Below are positions 11,288 to 23,791 of a stretch of 36,018 nt of DNA, one piece after another. The stretch is from Hyphochytrium catenoides (taxonomy: Eukaryota > Protista > Hyphochytriomycota), in NCBI GenBank assembly GCA_900088475.1, contig FLMG01004710.1:1-36018 (forward strand), written 5' to 3'. The notes beneath the pieces were generated by a model that was not told the DNA's origin, searched no databases, and saw only the letters and a list, made by a program, of their open reading frames with translations. Numbering within the stretch: the stretch's first letter is position 1; each line of letters starts with the position of its first letter. The translations under genes were made by a program, and so were the position numbers.

Positions 11288-12188
11288 CTTGACAAAGAGC
11301 AAAGACCTATCTTTTCCCGGTGACGAGAAGATACTACCGAGACGACAGAAGTCGGTAACACTAGTCCTTAGGAGCAGCTGCCGGTTCTCTCGGGCTCTGC
11401 ACGTCTGACTAACTGAGAGAGAGGCAGGAAGGAAGGAAAGGAGAGAATCTGAGCTCTGAGAAGCCTGGGGATCAAGAGAGAAAAGAGGAGAAAATTGTCT
11501 CTTTGGAGGTGCGTTCGTGTTCTCCCTTCACCATCAGAATCAGGACATCTCTGTACTTTTGTGAAAAAAGCTGTAAAGTGTACGTCAATTATGAGGTTTG
11601 ACGTTATTTGACGTTGACATTGCCTTCGCTTCCAGAGGCGCTCTGAGTGTGAATTAAGACATTCTTCACCGTTATTGACAAGGATTTGTGAAAAAAGATT
11701 CGCAGCTTTTTTGAAGAGCTTGAAATGGGGTTCTGAAGGGGGGGGAGAGAGAGAGACAGAGACAGAGGGAGAGAGAGAGAGAGAGAGNNNNNNNNNNNNN
11801 NNNNNNNNNNNNNNNNNNNNNNNNNNNNNNNNGAGAGAGAGAGAGAGAGAGTTGTTGAGGCAGATAGATGAAGGGTCAAAAGGATCGATGCCTTCCTCTA
11901 TCTCCCGTGTAGGCCTGCACTACGCTGGCTTGGTCTCTGTCGCTCTTGACACGCTTCCTCCTGTCAGCAGCCATTTCCTGATCTCTCAATCAGTCTGTGG
12001 GGCTTCTCTCGATAGAGGAGATCTCTCTCTTTCTTCGTCGAAGTAGGAAAGCACTAAGGAGAAACACATCTAGTGTCCCAAGGCCGAGGAAGACGGGAAG
12101 AAGAAGAAGATTTCTGGATAGGAGGCAAGCCCAGTCCAGAAGAGAAGCGGACGGCGGGCGAGCGCTGACTTGGACGCCAGAGAGGAGA
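11288..12188. promoter_or_regulatory. Probable divergent promoter region between BolA and the helicase
   Basis: Head-to-head start codons about 0.9 kb apart (includes a gap). An AT-richer core near 11550-11730 is flanked by GA tracts. Inferred from gene layout only. Confidence 0.4.
11788..11832. other. Assembly gap within a (GA)n microsatellite
   Basis: Run of N flanked by GA repeats. Confidence 0.97.
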
Positions 12189-12556
12189 ATGGCTCCAGGA
12201 GGGCGCAATCGTAGGGGCAGAGGAGGCCGACAAGAGGCCAGGGGAAGGGCCAACCGACAGAAGCCTCCGCCAAAGGGTGCACCTCCTCCTCCGGTGGGCT
12301 GCTATCCTTCTTGCTTCTCCCTGTGTCGTCTCTTGCTTGTCTCTTGTTTGTTATCTTCTTCCTCCTGCGCCTTGCGGACGATTGCATTTTGCAAGCTTAG
12401 CAGGCCACCTTCCCCTCCCTTTCTCTCTCCCTGTTCTCTTTCTATCCTCTACGTCTTTCTCTTTCTGGCCCTCTGTGTTCTCTGTCCTCCCCTGCTCTAG
12501 CTCTCTCACATTCTCTGCTCTCTCGTCCTCTTCCCCTCCTCTCTCATTCTCTGCTC

Positions 12557-12613
<57 letters not shown>

Positions 12614-13681
12614 TTTTTTTCTCCCTCTCTTTTTGTCTTTCTCTTGCCCTATTAAGCAAGAAGTCGCGTCTCCTCTCTCTCCTATATGTTTCCATTAGCC
12701 TTGACACACGTTGTATGCAACACTTTTTCTGTCTGCAGCAATACATTGTGCCCGAGTCTTTCCAGATTGAGACCACAAAGATGCTGATGTCCATCAGAGA
12801 AGAAGGATTGCAAGGTCAGCTTCGTTTTTCCTCTCTCCTTCTAGCCGCTGTCCTCGCGTCGATGGCCTTCACGTCTCTTAGGTTTGAGCTCTTTACTCAT
12901 TCTCCCCCGTGCTTCCTTGCACTCGTACTTCTTATGGGCTCCAGCCGTCAGTGCACGTGTCTCTCCTTCTCTTCGCGCGCATGTCTTCTAGAAATAAGTC
13001 TTCTCAATGACCCTGTTTTCTCTCTTTTTCGAGTGCTCACTAACATTGCACTGGGCCAATCTCTGTCTCTTTCTTTCATTCTTCTCCCTCCCTCTTTCTC
13101 TCTCTCTGTGTCTCTCTCTCTCTCCGTCAATACTCTTTGGTTTTATGTCTCCTCCTGTATCTGATATATTGGTCTAGCTGTAAGCTTTCCGCCGACTTTG
13201 GACAGCACTCAACGGCGGTTCATACACTCAATGTGCACCAGACTAGGACTTCATTCCAAGAGTCAAGGGTAAGAAGGGATCTACATGCATTTGTCCCTCC
13301 TCTCTCTCCTTCTTTTTCTCTCTCTCCCTCTTTACTATCTCTCCCCTCTCTCTTTCTCTCTCTCTCGCGCGCGCGCCCCCAGACTCTCTCTCCCCCAGGC
13401 TCTCTCTCTATCACTCTCTCTCTCTCTCTTCCCTGCTCTTTCTATCTTTTGCTTTGCTAATTCACGCGACTCTGTCCGCTCGGCGCAATTGTAACGTTCG
13501 AATCTTTACGCGACATCCTCCTTCTGCTCACCACTCAACGCCACCTTCCTACTACCACACTTCTACTCTACCCTTTATCTCTTTTTCGATGCTGTGGATC
13601 TAACCTGTTCCCGTCTTCCTTCTTTCCTCACCTCTTCTCTTTACCTGGTTTCCCCTTTTTCTCTCTCCTCTCACTCTTTCT

Positions 13682-13742
<61 letters not shown>

Positions 13743-16700
13743 TTTGTGTCTCTCTCTTCTCTCTTTATACGTCTTTCGCGCCGTGTGCAGCAAGGGTGAC
13801 AATCGCTATATCACTGTGTATCGGGATAAAGATACAGCGACTGGAGGTGCAGGCAAACAAGAGAGGCAAGGTCCTGCGCAGTACCTCTCCCTTCCCGAAG
13901 ATATGCTCTCAGCGATAGAGGAGTACTATCAAGCTCAGCCAATGACAAAGAGAGAGATAGAGGAGGTAGACAACAGACACCAAGACCTGCTGCAAGGTCA
14001 GACATACGAAAAGTAGCTTGTCAGCTCTCTCTATACTCTTTTTTACCGTTCTCTCTCATCGACTTTCCTCTACTCCTAATGGTAGTGTGGGAGAGTGGGC
14101 TGTGGATCTATGGCTTTCTGTCGTGTTCTCTCTCTCTTTCTCTCTTTCCCACTCCCTCTCGCCATACCACTTGTTTCATTCTCTCTCTCTCTATCGATTT
14201 CCTCTCTTTGACTGCTATATCGTGCTTGTTTGACCTATGTCCCACTCTATCTTCCTCTCCTCTCATCGAACTCCGGTCCTTTCTTCGCCCAGTGCCTGTG
14301 ATCCGAAGGCTTGGAGCCCCATCGTTCGCTCATCGTAAGGGCCATCAGAGTGAGCTAAGAGAGAGGAGGGCGCAGTATGAGAAGTGGAAGGAGAGGGTCG
14401 ACTCCTCCAAGGTGTTGAAGAACATAAATGAAGCAAGGGCTCGTCTTCCTACCACTAAGCACAAAGAGGAGATTATCAAGGTGAGAAAAGCACCCTTAGG
14501 CAAGAGAAAAGTCTCAAGCAAGAGGCGCCTGGCGGACTATCTGGACACTGCACGGTCCACAGGACCCTTTGTCTCATTCTCTATCCCTTTCCGCGTCCGT
14601 CTGTTCTCTCTTTTTGGCCTCGCTGGCTTGCTCTTGCTCTATCGTCTTCTTTATCTAAGTGCGTTCTCTGACTAGATGATCAAGACACATCAAGTCTCCA
14701 TAGTGAGCGGAGAGACAGGCTGTGGAAAGAGTACACAGGTATATTCCATGACGTATAGGGTAGCGTTGGCTCTGCAAAAGGGGATCAAGCGGATGGAGTC
14801 ACGTGGGAAGGATTGAGCCTGGCTTGCAAAGGGTGAAGCCTGTTCAGAAGGAGAAGTATGACGGCTTCCGTTTAATTTTATGAGAGAGATGTGTAGACAG
14901 CCTCAGCATTTGGTGTCGCCTTAGGGGCTTGATTGACCAGCTAAGCGGACAACGAAGAGAACCTAGCGAGACTGACGCAGATAGAAAGAGAAAGGGCCAC
15001 CATCTGAAGTGTGTTCTCTTATCTTACGTCTATACTGCTAGGTTCCTCAGTACATTTTAGAAGACGAGGAGCTTGGCCCAACATGCAAGATAGTCATTAC
15101 GCAGCCCAGAAGGATTTCCGCGATTGCCTTGGCTGGTAAGAAGGGGTTAGCTTCCTGCATCACTTTAGTTCCACTTTTCCAAGCAGAAGATTGCTCTTCT
15201 CTTCTTCTCTTTCTCCGCATGAGGGTCAGATATCTACTGATCTGGTGGAAAGCTAGAGAGCAGGTGTTGTTCCTTTTCTAGACTTAAGCCAACATGTTTC
15301 CTTCGCCCTCCACCGTCCCCAGTTTGTTCGCTTGTCAGTGATCTAAATCACCTTCCTTCATTCCTTTCACCTCGTTTCGTATGCCTGTGTAGAGCGTGTC
15401 TCCTATGAGCGAGGGGAGAATGTCGGCCAATCCGTGGGATACTCTATTCGTTTAGAGTCTTCTGTTTCCTCTGCCACCCAGCTCACCTTCATGACTGTGG
15501 GAGTCCTTCTACGCAAGATCTCCAATGACAGACTCCTCTCAGAGTTCACGCACATCATCCTTGATGAGGTGAGACATGGATGATTATCCTGCTCTACCTT
15601 CGTGTCTTTCCCTGCCCTGTGTCTTTTCTGCAGAATAGGAACTTAGTGATAAGCTAATGTCTAACAAAATGCACTGAAGACCTGTGTATCCTTCGACGCT
15701 TACACCCTGATTTGCTGGCTACATCGCTTCACCTGGTTCTCAGAGCAGCTCTCCTTCTCCTTCTCAATCAGGTCCACGAGCGGGACCGCTTGTGTGACTT
15801 TATGCTTATCCTGATTAGGGACATCTTACCACTTCGCCCAGACCTCAGAGTAGTGCTTATGAGTGCGACCATACAGGTATGAGAGAGAGATGCGGCATCC
15901 CATGTAGCACGCACCATTCTATCTCTGTGTATCTCATCAAGAGCAGGTCCATTACTTCTACGCGGCTTTAGGTTATACCTATTATCACCAAATGTCCTAT
16001 CTATAGCTCTTTTCACTGAACACTCTGTCTCCCCAACTCTGTCCTCATGTGCTCTGATTGCCTCCTGTTTTTGGAGCCCTTCCGTCCATTGTGCGCGACG
16101 GAGCTCTTCCCTTGTTCACTTCGCTGTACAGAACTACTGACCCTTTTTGGTGTGGCTCTTGCCGCGCTATTTCTCTCTCTTAGTTGGAAACGTTCAGAAG
16201 CTATTTCGCCTCCTGCCCAGTCATCCAAGTCCAAGGCCAGGCTTTTCCAGTCACAGAGTGCTTCTTGGAAGATATTCTTGCCCTTACGCACTTCGTGTCT
16301 CGTCCTTCGAGAAAGAAGAGAGGCAATGGAGGAGGAGACCAGATATATTCACTTCAAATGGACGAGGAAGAAAAGGAACAGCAAGTGGATGGGAGCCAGA
16401 CCGAACAGAGAGAGTATTGGTGTCCTCTATGCCAAACGGCCTTAGAGTCGGCTGAAGCGTTTGGCTCTCACATAACCGACTGCCTAGGAGCCGCACAGGC
16501 TCCTCAAAGTGTTGCCTCAGCGGTAAGATCACTGTTACTTTGGGAAGAAGAACATATTCTGTTAAGATCCCAAGAGAGGGACAAGCTGATACTTGAAGAA
16601 ATCAGGAGGAGATGAGAGATCTGCAGGAGAAGGTTAGAAGGGGTCGCGACCAGTACCAGAAAGCCTAGATAATTGCTCAACTTGATGCTTACGCCTTTGT

Positions 16701-19700
16701 GACCTCTACAATGCTTCAGGAAGGCGGAAGCGCTGGGGACCTTGTGCGCCAGGAGATAGAGAGGCAGAAACTCCTCAGCGTAAGTTCCAGATAGCAAAGA
16801 ATCAAGGATTACAGATGCACGTGTGCAAAACGATAAGAGGAAGCGAGAAAACAGAGACGCAGCCAGCATAAAGATAAGGAAGGGACATCCCGACACAGCT
16901 CATGAGCCGCACTCAGCGAACAGGAGGTTTCCATAATTTAGCCCCCTTTCTTGCCCTTGCCACAGTCCGAAGTAGAGGAGATGCTGTCGGTATATCAGGG
17001 CGAGTGGAACGACGAGGCAGTGGATCTAGACCTTATCGAGGCTCTTCTGACGCACTTGGACATGAAGAACTATGGAGAAGGAGCTGTTCTAGTCTTCCTG
17101 CCAGGTTTTAGATAACGAACCGCCCTCAAGCTCTTCCTCTCCCGCTGAGCTATTTAGGCTTCAGAGTGCGCTCTCTCAATCTCTCTCCGCTCTTCCTCTC
17201 ACCCTTGCTCATCAAATTATAATCTCTTCTTTGACCCTGTTCTTGTCACTGAAGGATGGGACGACATCTCGAGTCTAATGGCGAAGCTTCTCTCAAATCA
17301 CCGCTTCTGCAACCGATCGCGCTACTGGATCTTACCTCTGCACAGTGGAGTTAGGTACCACCCTCCGCCCTCGTGCTTTACTGACTTACTCTCGTCTTCC
17401 ATTCTGGGATCAGTTTTGCATTCATGTTTGGTTTCACCTGCGTGCATCTATTCTTGAGCCCTATGTGCTGCTAAAGGCTGATGGGTTCGAGCTGTTTTTT
17501 GGGCAGGGTAGCAATACAATGGCCAATCCCTTATCACTGCTGCTTGGCTCGCCCTATACTCTCTGCCGCCATCTTCTCTCACATAATGATGCGTTGGTTA
17601 TCAGCCCCTTCTCTTTTCTCTTTGGTTAGCCATCATCTTCCTCCCTATTGCGGTGCTCCATTCAAAAGTTTCCTGTGTGACTTTGGCTGTACATTTTAGT
17701 TACTCAGAAGCTAAAGATATGCTCTGCAGCACCGCCAAACAGAAGGAGGTCTTCCGCCACCCTCCTCCAGGATGCCGGAAAATCATCCTGGCAACCAACA
17801 TAGGTGCAGAATCGGCCCCTTCTCCCTCTTTTCTTCTTAAGATTTCCTCTTGCTCTATATAATCCAGAGTAGGTGGCATACGCTAACTCTCTTTCTTCCC
17901 TCTCTGGCTGTGTCCACTGTTTGCGGTAGCGGAGACAAGTATCACGATTGATGATGTGGTTTTCGTCGTCGATGGAGGAAAGATGAAGATGAAGAACTAT
18001 GACCCGCACCTTGCTATGGCGACATTCCAACCGCAGTGGGTGGCGAAGGCGAATGCTCAGCAGAGAAGAGGAAGAGCAGGTAGACTTCTACTCTGCTTGT
18101 AGCTCTTATACGAACGGTTCCAGCTCTAAGTATTATAAGGGACTACCACTACCTAGACCGCGGCCAACCTTCGCTTTATGACTGGCTCTTTCCTCGTTTT
18201 AGGCCGAACCCAGCCGGGCGTTTGTTTCCATACCTTCTCCCGGACGCGATTTGACGCTATGGATGACTTTCCAACGCCTGAACTTCTTCGTACTCCTCTA
18301 GAAGAGCTTGTGCTTCAGGTAAGGAAAGGGCGAGCGTTATGTACGGGACGAGATGTCTGTTATAAAGGTTGAAAAGTAGTTAGGCCATAAAAGGACTCAA
18401 AAGGCGGTTACGGCAGAGACTCTCGAGGCTCTGAAAGACAGAGGCTCCTACCGCTATTGTTGGCCAAGAGTGGAGAGGAAAGAGAGGGGGAGGAGAGAGA
18501 GAGGCAGAGACAGAGAGAGGGACAAGGAGAGGGAAAGAGAGGCCAATATGAGATAGACAGCAGATTGTGCTCGTGATGCTGTTCTCCTCTCGACAGTGTT
18601 TCCTACTGTTCTTTAGTTTGGGTTTCGCCCCATTCTTTTTGACGTCACATGGCTCCTTTCTCACGATGAACTTGCCGGCATTTTATTCAGGTTAAGCTGC
18701 TCGACTCCACCGGAGAGTTAGAGGGACCGGGAGGCGTAGAGGAGTTTCTCAGCAAGGCGCCGGAGCCGCCTCATCCGAAGGCAGTGCATAATGCTCTTAC
18801 TCTACTGAAAAACCTCGGTACGGGACGATAGTACCTAACTCTTACCGTTGTGTCTCCTGTCCCTTTGAGCTCTCGGCACTTTGCTGGCGGATGTCTCGAC
18901 TGTAGCTTTGCTGTACAAACAGCTCTCATCGTACCCGTCGAGTCTCTCTGGGTCCCAGCGATATTAGTCTTTAAATCCTCTTTCTCTCTGTTTCTCTCTT
19001 TTTTGGGGCTTGTCCCGACGCCTGTTGGCTGTACTTATTGTACTGCTTGTCGTTGGGTGGCGGCTCTGGTGCACCAGCTTTCTCTCTTCTTGTCTCTTAC
19101 CCGCCACCTTCCTCTTATCTCTGTCATTTTGTGTGGCTATTGCTCTTCACCGTGCTTAGGGGCACTGACCGAAGAAGAGAGTCTTACGGCGCTTGGCTTG
19201 CACCTGGCAAGTCTTCCGTTGGAGCCTCGACTGGGCAAGATGATCCTCCTTGGGCATCTCTTACGGTGTATAGACCCCGTAATAACCGTAGGGTGAGAAA
19301 ATGATTTGACGAGGAGGGAACCGTCCAGTCCTCTCTGACCTGTGCAGTCCTCTCTGACCCGCGCAGTCCTCTCTGCTATCATGAGACTTCTTTGGGCTGG
19401 AAGTAACAATTTCATGATGATAGCCTTATATTGTTTTTCTCAGATCTCTGATATGCCTGTCTCTTCTTTTCTCGAGTCGACTACTGTTTGCTCTCTCGAA
19501 GGTTTGGCCTTAGTCATTAATCTTTATGCTGAAGTATAAGTGCTCGCTCTCACTCCTCACTCTCACACGGCTTGCCTTCCCAAAAGTTGTGGAATCTCCT
19601 ACCGAGACCCATTCTTGTTACCGATGAACTTTGAGCAGAAATTAGAAGCTTCCAGGGTACGCCCAATACTGGCGCCCTCTCTCCGCTCTGCCTAGCTTCT

Positions 19701-21192
19701 GCAAGCTATCATCTCCTTGCTTCTGCACTTGCTTCTACTATAGCCTTAGCGCTAAGGCTTAGTCATCCTTCTAGGTGTTGTTTGCAGTCCGGTGACTATT
19801 CACACGTTGATTTCTGAGTTCTAGATGATATAGAGACACGTTACCCTTACGTAGTACTCTTTCCTCACTTCGTAACTGTTCTTCGCACTCTCTTCTCTCC
19901 TTTGTTGTCTCCTTTTTGTCCAGGTCAAAGTAGAGCTATCCCAGGGCCTTCGTAGCGATCATCTCACTGCGCTGCGTGCATTTTATTCTTGGGAGCTGAC
20001 TGAGGCAGAAGGAGGGACTGACGCGGGTTGGCGTTTCTGCAATGATCACTTCCTCTCTCTCCCAACACTCTCGATGGTCAAGCAAATGATCCCTCAGATG
20101 GCCAACGAGCTTGCTAAGGTAGGCACGCATTCCTAGGAACTTTGCCTAGCTCCTAACAGTGCCTTTGATACCTTAGTTCCAACTTTGTCTGGACTATATC
20201 CTTCTATTTCACCTCATAATGTGCAGGCTTCTCCCGTTTAACCACGTCCCATCGTTCTTTAACATTGTCTCTTTTTTTCCCAGTCATTCCTCATGGCTTG
20301 GTTTGGCTCACGTGGTTGGGGCTGCTTATGTCTCGTATGTCCTTGGCTAATCTTTATCCTCACTTTCTTCTTTTTGCTTCGCGTTGTATCTAGGTGGGCT
20401 TCGGCCGTCGCAGTCGTGAGGAATTTGAAGACCTCAACTCGCATTCTCGCAACTGGGGCGTCCTTAGGGTACGTATGCGCTGTGATGGATATTTTGCTCA
20501 TCGTGGTCCGCAGCTGCATGCTGCCGTGCTCACCTGAGATGCTCTGTCTCCCTAAACAGCCCTCACCAAGCTTGGCTCAGTTCCTAGAGAACCGCACTGA
20601 AAAACCTTAGATTCCTCTTTTAGACGTATCTGAGACGCTTTGACCTTCGGCATCTCACCATCTGTCTCCTGTTCGGCAGGCCGTTCTGAGCGCAGGACTA
20701 TATCCAAACGTTGTGAGGAGAGACAAGGGCCAAAAGAACTTCCGTACATTTGACGGGAAGTCCACCAAGTTCCACTTGTCATCTGTCTGCGCTCAAGACG
20801 GAGATAGTATGAAGAGGGAGAGAAAGAAGAAAGACAGAGATTGGATGGTCTTCACCGAGATAATTCAGACAAAAGACATCTTCACCGTCAGAGATAACAC
20901 TCCGGTATCAGAGCTCTCTTCCTCGCCCACCTTCTTTCTCAATAGAGTCTTTCCTTCGTCCCTGGGAATCCTTCCTAGATGAAGGTTATCTTCTTAAGGC
21001 GTGTTGCCTGTATCGTTTTGCGCTTAGCCTGGCTGGGTATGTTGCTAAGAAAATGCCATGATACAGATGTCTCTTCTGGCGCTGCTGCTGCTGTGCGGGA
21101 ATACTGAGCACACGGAGATAGTACGCAGAAGGAGACGACGCTGTGACATAGATTTTGAGGGTCAGTATCTCTTTGGCAGATTGTCCCTTCTT

Positions 21193-21224
<32 letters not shown>

Positions 21225-21350
21225 TCTTCGTTTGCCTCCCCTTCTCCCACTCTCGTGTCCTGTACATCTGCATCGTGTAGCCTAGCCAAATCCCTCTGAA
21301 GACTTCCATTTACATCGTAGAGCTTGTGCACTCTCTGGGTACTGTCAGCT

Positions 21351-21385
<35 letters not shown>

Positions 21386-21625
21386 GACGGTAGTTCCCTT
21401 CTGCGCAGATGATGATGAAATGGACGAGATTGATTTAGATGACCTAGAAGATGACGAAGATGAAGACGACGATGTGCTTTATATGGCCCAGTTCGCTGAC
21501 AGTAAAGGTCTCTTGGACGAGATAGACGAGGAAGAAGAAGAGAGAGAAAAGATCCTTGTGCTGGATGAGAAGATCCGGTTCAAGATGACACAAGGTATGT
21601 CGAGGAAGACTAGAGATCCGCCTCT

Positions 21626-21658
<33 letters not shown>

Positions 21659-22477
21659 TGCTTAAGCTTGCTCACAGCTCCATTTTATGTGTGCATAACT
21701 CCTTAGACGCACAGCTTTGTCTGCTCTCTTCAGAAGCCAGAACTCTCTGTTCCGCCTGGAGACGCTCTTCTCCATGCTCCATCCTGCATCCTAGCTTATC
21801 TTTCTTCTCTCCAAGTGAGGCACAAAAACCTCTCTTTTGCCTCTCTCTTTCTCTCTTGTCTGTTCCTTCTCCATGTGCTTCCAAATTCTGATCAAGCCTC
21901 TCGGTCTGCCTTCCTTTCTCTCTCTCTTTAACCCCTGGTTCATGCCTGTCTTTTAGAGCTATGTGACCAGCTCGTCACCCTCCGCCGTCGCTTTCAACAT
22001 GCATTTCTCTTCCACATCGACAACCCTCAGGAGGCTCTCCCTCCGCAGCACGAAGCTACCGTTTCTCTCATTTTAGAGCTGTTGGAGATGGAAGGCCCAG
22101 AGGAAATCAGACACGGGAAATTACGAGAGAGAGAGAGACCGAGATGGGGAAGAGGAGGAAGCAGACGAGGAGGCAGAGGAGGAGGAAGGAGAGAGAGAAG
22201 TGATGGTGGGTCCTCCCGTGGTGCAGAGAGAGAGGGCGGGCTCGTATGGCGCGGAGGGAGAGGAAGAGGTGGAAGAGGAGACAGAAGAGACAGAGGATCT
22301 ATTGCTGACGTGTACGCTGTAGAGACAATGACTCTCTCCTACCGTGAAGAGCAGGTGACCTACTTTGGCCACAGCGAAGGTGGATCGCGGGGAAGAGGAG
22401 GACAGGGAAGAGGAGGAAGAGGGAGAGGAAGGTCTTATGGTGGAGGGCGTGGAAGAGGAAGCCGGGGCAGATATTGA
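12189..22477 (+). CDS. DEAH/RHA-family ATP-dependent RNA helicase, YTHDC2-like (R3H, RecA1, CCHC zinc-finger insert, RecA2, HA2, OB-like, RGG tail); ~1215 aa, 24 exons: 12189-12293, 12739-12814, 13178-13268, 13791-13996, 14293-14480, 14676-14738, 15042-15135, 15393-15568, 15772-15876, 16184-16522, 16966-17104, 17255-17354, 17730-17803, 17930-18079, 18203-18318, 18691-18817, 19160-19292, 19587-19656, 19924-20118, 20394-20468, 20680-20904, 21067-21160, 21409-21594, 21957-22477
   Basis: Phase-consistent model (3648 nt). Motifs GETGCGKSTQ, TQPRRISA, DEVHER, MSAT, VFLPGW, PLHS, ATNIAETSITIDDV, QRRGRAGR, HA2 (LTALGLHLASLPLEPRLGKMIL), SDHL, AGLYPNV. R3H segment FPPTLDSTQRRFIHSMCTRLGLHSKSQGKGDNRYITV and DEAVDLDLI resemble YTHDC2 as I recall it. 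The first exon is less certain. Confidence 0.92.
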
Positions 22478-22814
22478 GAAGTTGAGAAAGTACAAGTCTT
22501 CCTCACTTTGCCTCTCTCTCTTCGCTTTTTTTCTACACTATGGTCAGAGAAAGCAGTCAATAAACTGGCCATTGTTGGCGTTTACTTTCTCTAAAGCTCG
22601 TAAAGCTTCAAGGATCTCCTAACAGCAAAAGATACGGCTAGAGAGAGAGAGAGAGTGTGAGTGAGAGGAAAGGAGGACCAGACTGAGCACCAGGTTCCGC
22701 TTTGTAAAGCTGAATACTTTTATCAAAAGCAAATAAATATGTTGGTTGTTAGTGCTATACTAGGGACAACCGCCCTGCCTATCTCTATGTCCCTCTCTCT
22801 CTCTCTCTTCTCTC

Positions 22815-23516
22815 TTACGTCATTAGTCCATCCAACATGCTAAACCTATCAAAGCTATCTCTGGAGCAAAGAGAAAGAAGCGACTCTCGCTCCGGTTCTT
22901 CATCTCTTCTTTCGTTCTTGTCTGTCACTAAGACTGCGCCTCGGGGAAGAGTCCACACAGCTTCCTGAGAGAATTGGTTCTGATAGTATGTCTCTCCTGT
23001 CTCCTTATCTATTCTCTCTTCCCAAAGGTTCTCTTCTTCTCTTTGTTCTCCCTGCATTCTCTCCCATAAGTTTTCCAGTTGAGCTCCAGCATCCGGGACA
23101 GTTTGGATAATAAAGGCGGCGACAGGGTTGAGACTAGAGTCAAAGAAGCTCTCTTCTTTGTCTTCTCTCTTCTCCTCTTGTCTCTCCTCAGCGTAGTAGA
23201 TTACTGAGGACGAGGAGAGAGAGAGAGTAGGAGAGAGATTATCTGTGCCCTTACTTTCGCAAGGCTGGGATGAGATAAAGCAGGAGAGAGAGATGCAAGA
23301 GCGCTTGAGAATGGGTTGAATGGTTTTGTCTTGTCTCTCTTTTCTCGCTCTCTCTTCTCTCTCTTGCTCTGAGAGACTGGCAATGTCTAACGTAGGAGAT
23401 TCTTGATGAAAAATCTTGATGTGGATGAGCTGTGAGCCTTCAGGCCATCGGACCGTTCTCTTCCGCTTATTATGAAGCGTCCGGGACTGTTCATCTCCGA
23501 TGTTGGCGGTAAGCAT
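22815..23516 (-). CDS. Putative PP1-interacting protein with an RVxF-type motif and C-terminal WW domain (233 aa; possible in-frame 51-nt intron at 23254-23204)
   Basis: KRKRTVRWPEGSQLIHIKIF fits [KR]xVx[FW] followed by hydrophobic residues. LWEERIDKETGETYYQNQFSQEAVWTLP fits the WW consensus (W...G..YY.N......W..P). An upstream exon cannot be excluded. Confidence 0.75.
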   Translation of the reverse strand: MLTANIGDEQSRTLHNKRKRTVRWPEGSQLIHIKIFHQESPTLDIASLSEQEREERARKERQDKTIQPILKRSCISLSCFISSQPCESKGTDNLSPTLSLSSSSVIYYAEERQEEKREDKEESFFDSSLNPVAAFIIQTVPDAGAQLENLWERMQGEQREEENLWEERIDKETGETYYQNQFSQEAVWTLPRGAVLVTDKNERRDEEPERESLLSLCSRDSFDRFSMLDGLMT

Positions 23517-23741
23517 GGTTCTTTCTCCTCTATTTCTCCTCTCTTTCTTTCCCCGTTGACGCGCTTTGCGATGGAGAGGCTGCGCCTAGTGTCTACTCTT
23601 CTCTTCTGGGCCTAGCGCCGCGGACAAGCAGAGAAATGCTTTACGAAGAAGGAAGGTTGCATAATGAAAAGTCGCCCTACGAGTACTGCTTGAAGAATAG
23701 TGAGGGCTATGTATTAGGGGAGAGAGAGAGAGAGAGAGAGA

Positions 23742-23791
23742 NNNNNNNNNNNNNNNNNNNNNNNNNNNNNNNNNNNNNNNNNNNNNNNNNN
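23742..23791. other. Assembly gap adjacent to (GA)n
   Basis: Run of N. Confidence 0.97.

Noticed and set aside
10287-13494. Long Leu/Ser- or Arg/Glu-rich ORFs (e.g. 10287-11108, 12277-13164)
   Set aside because: They are translations of stop-free (CT)n/(GA)n intron tracts running through short real exons.
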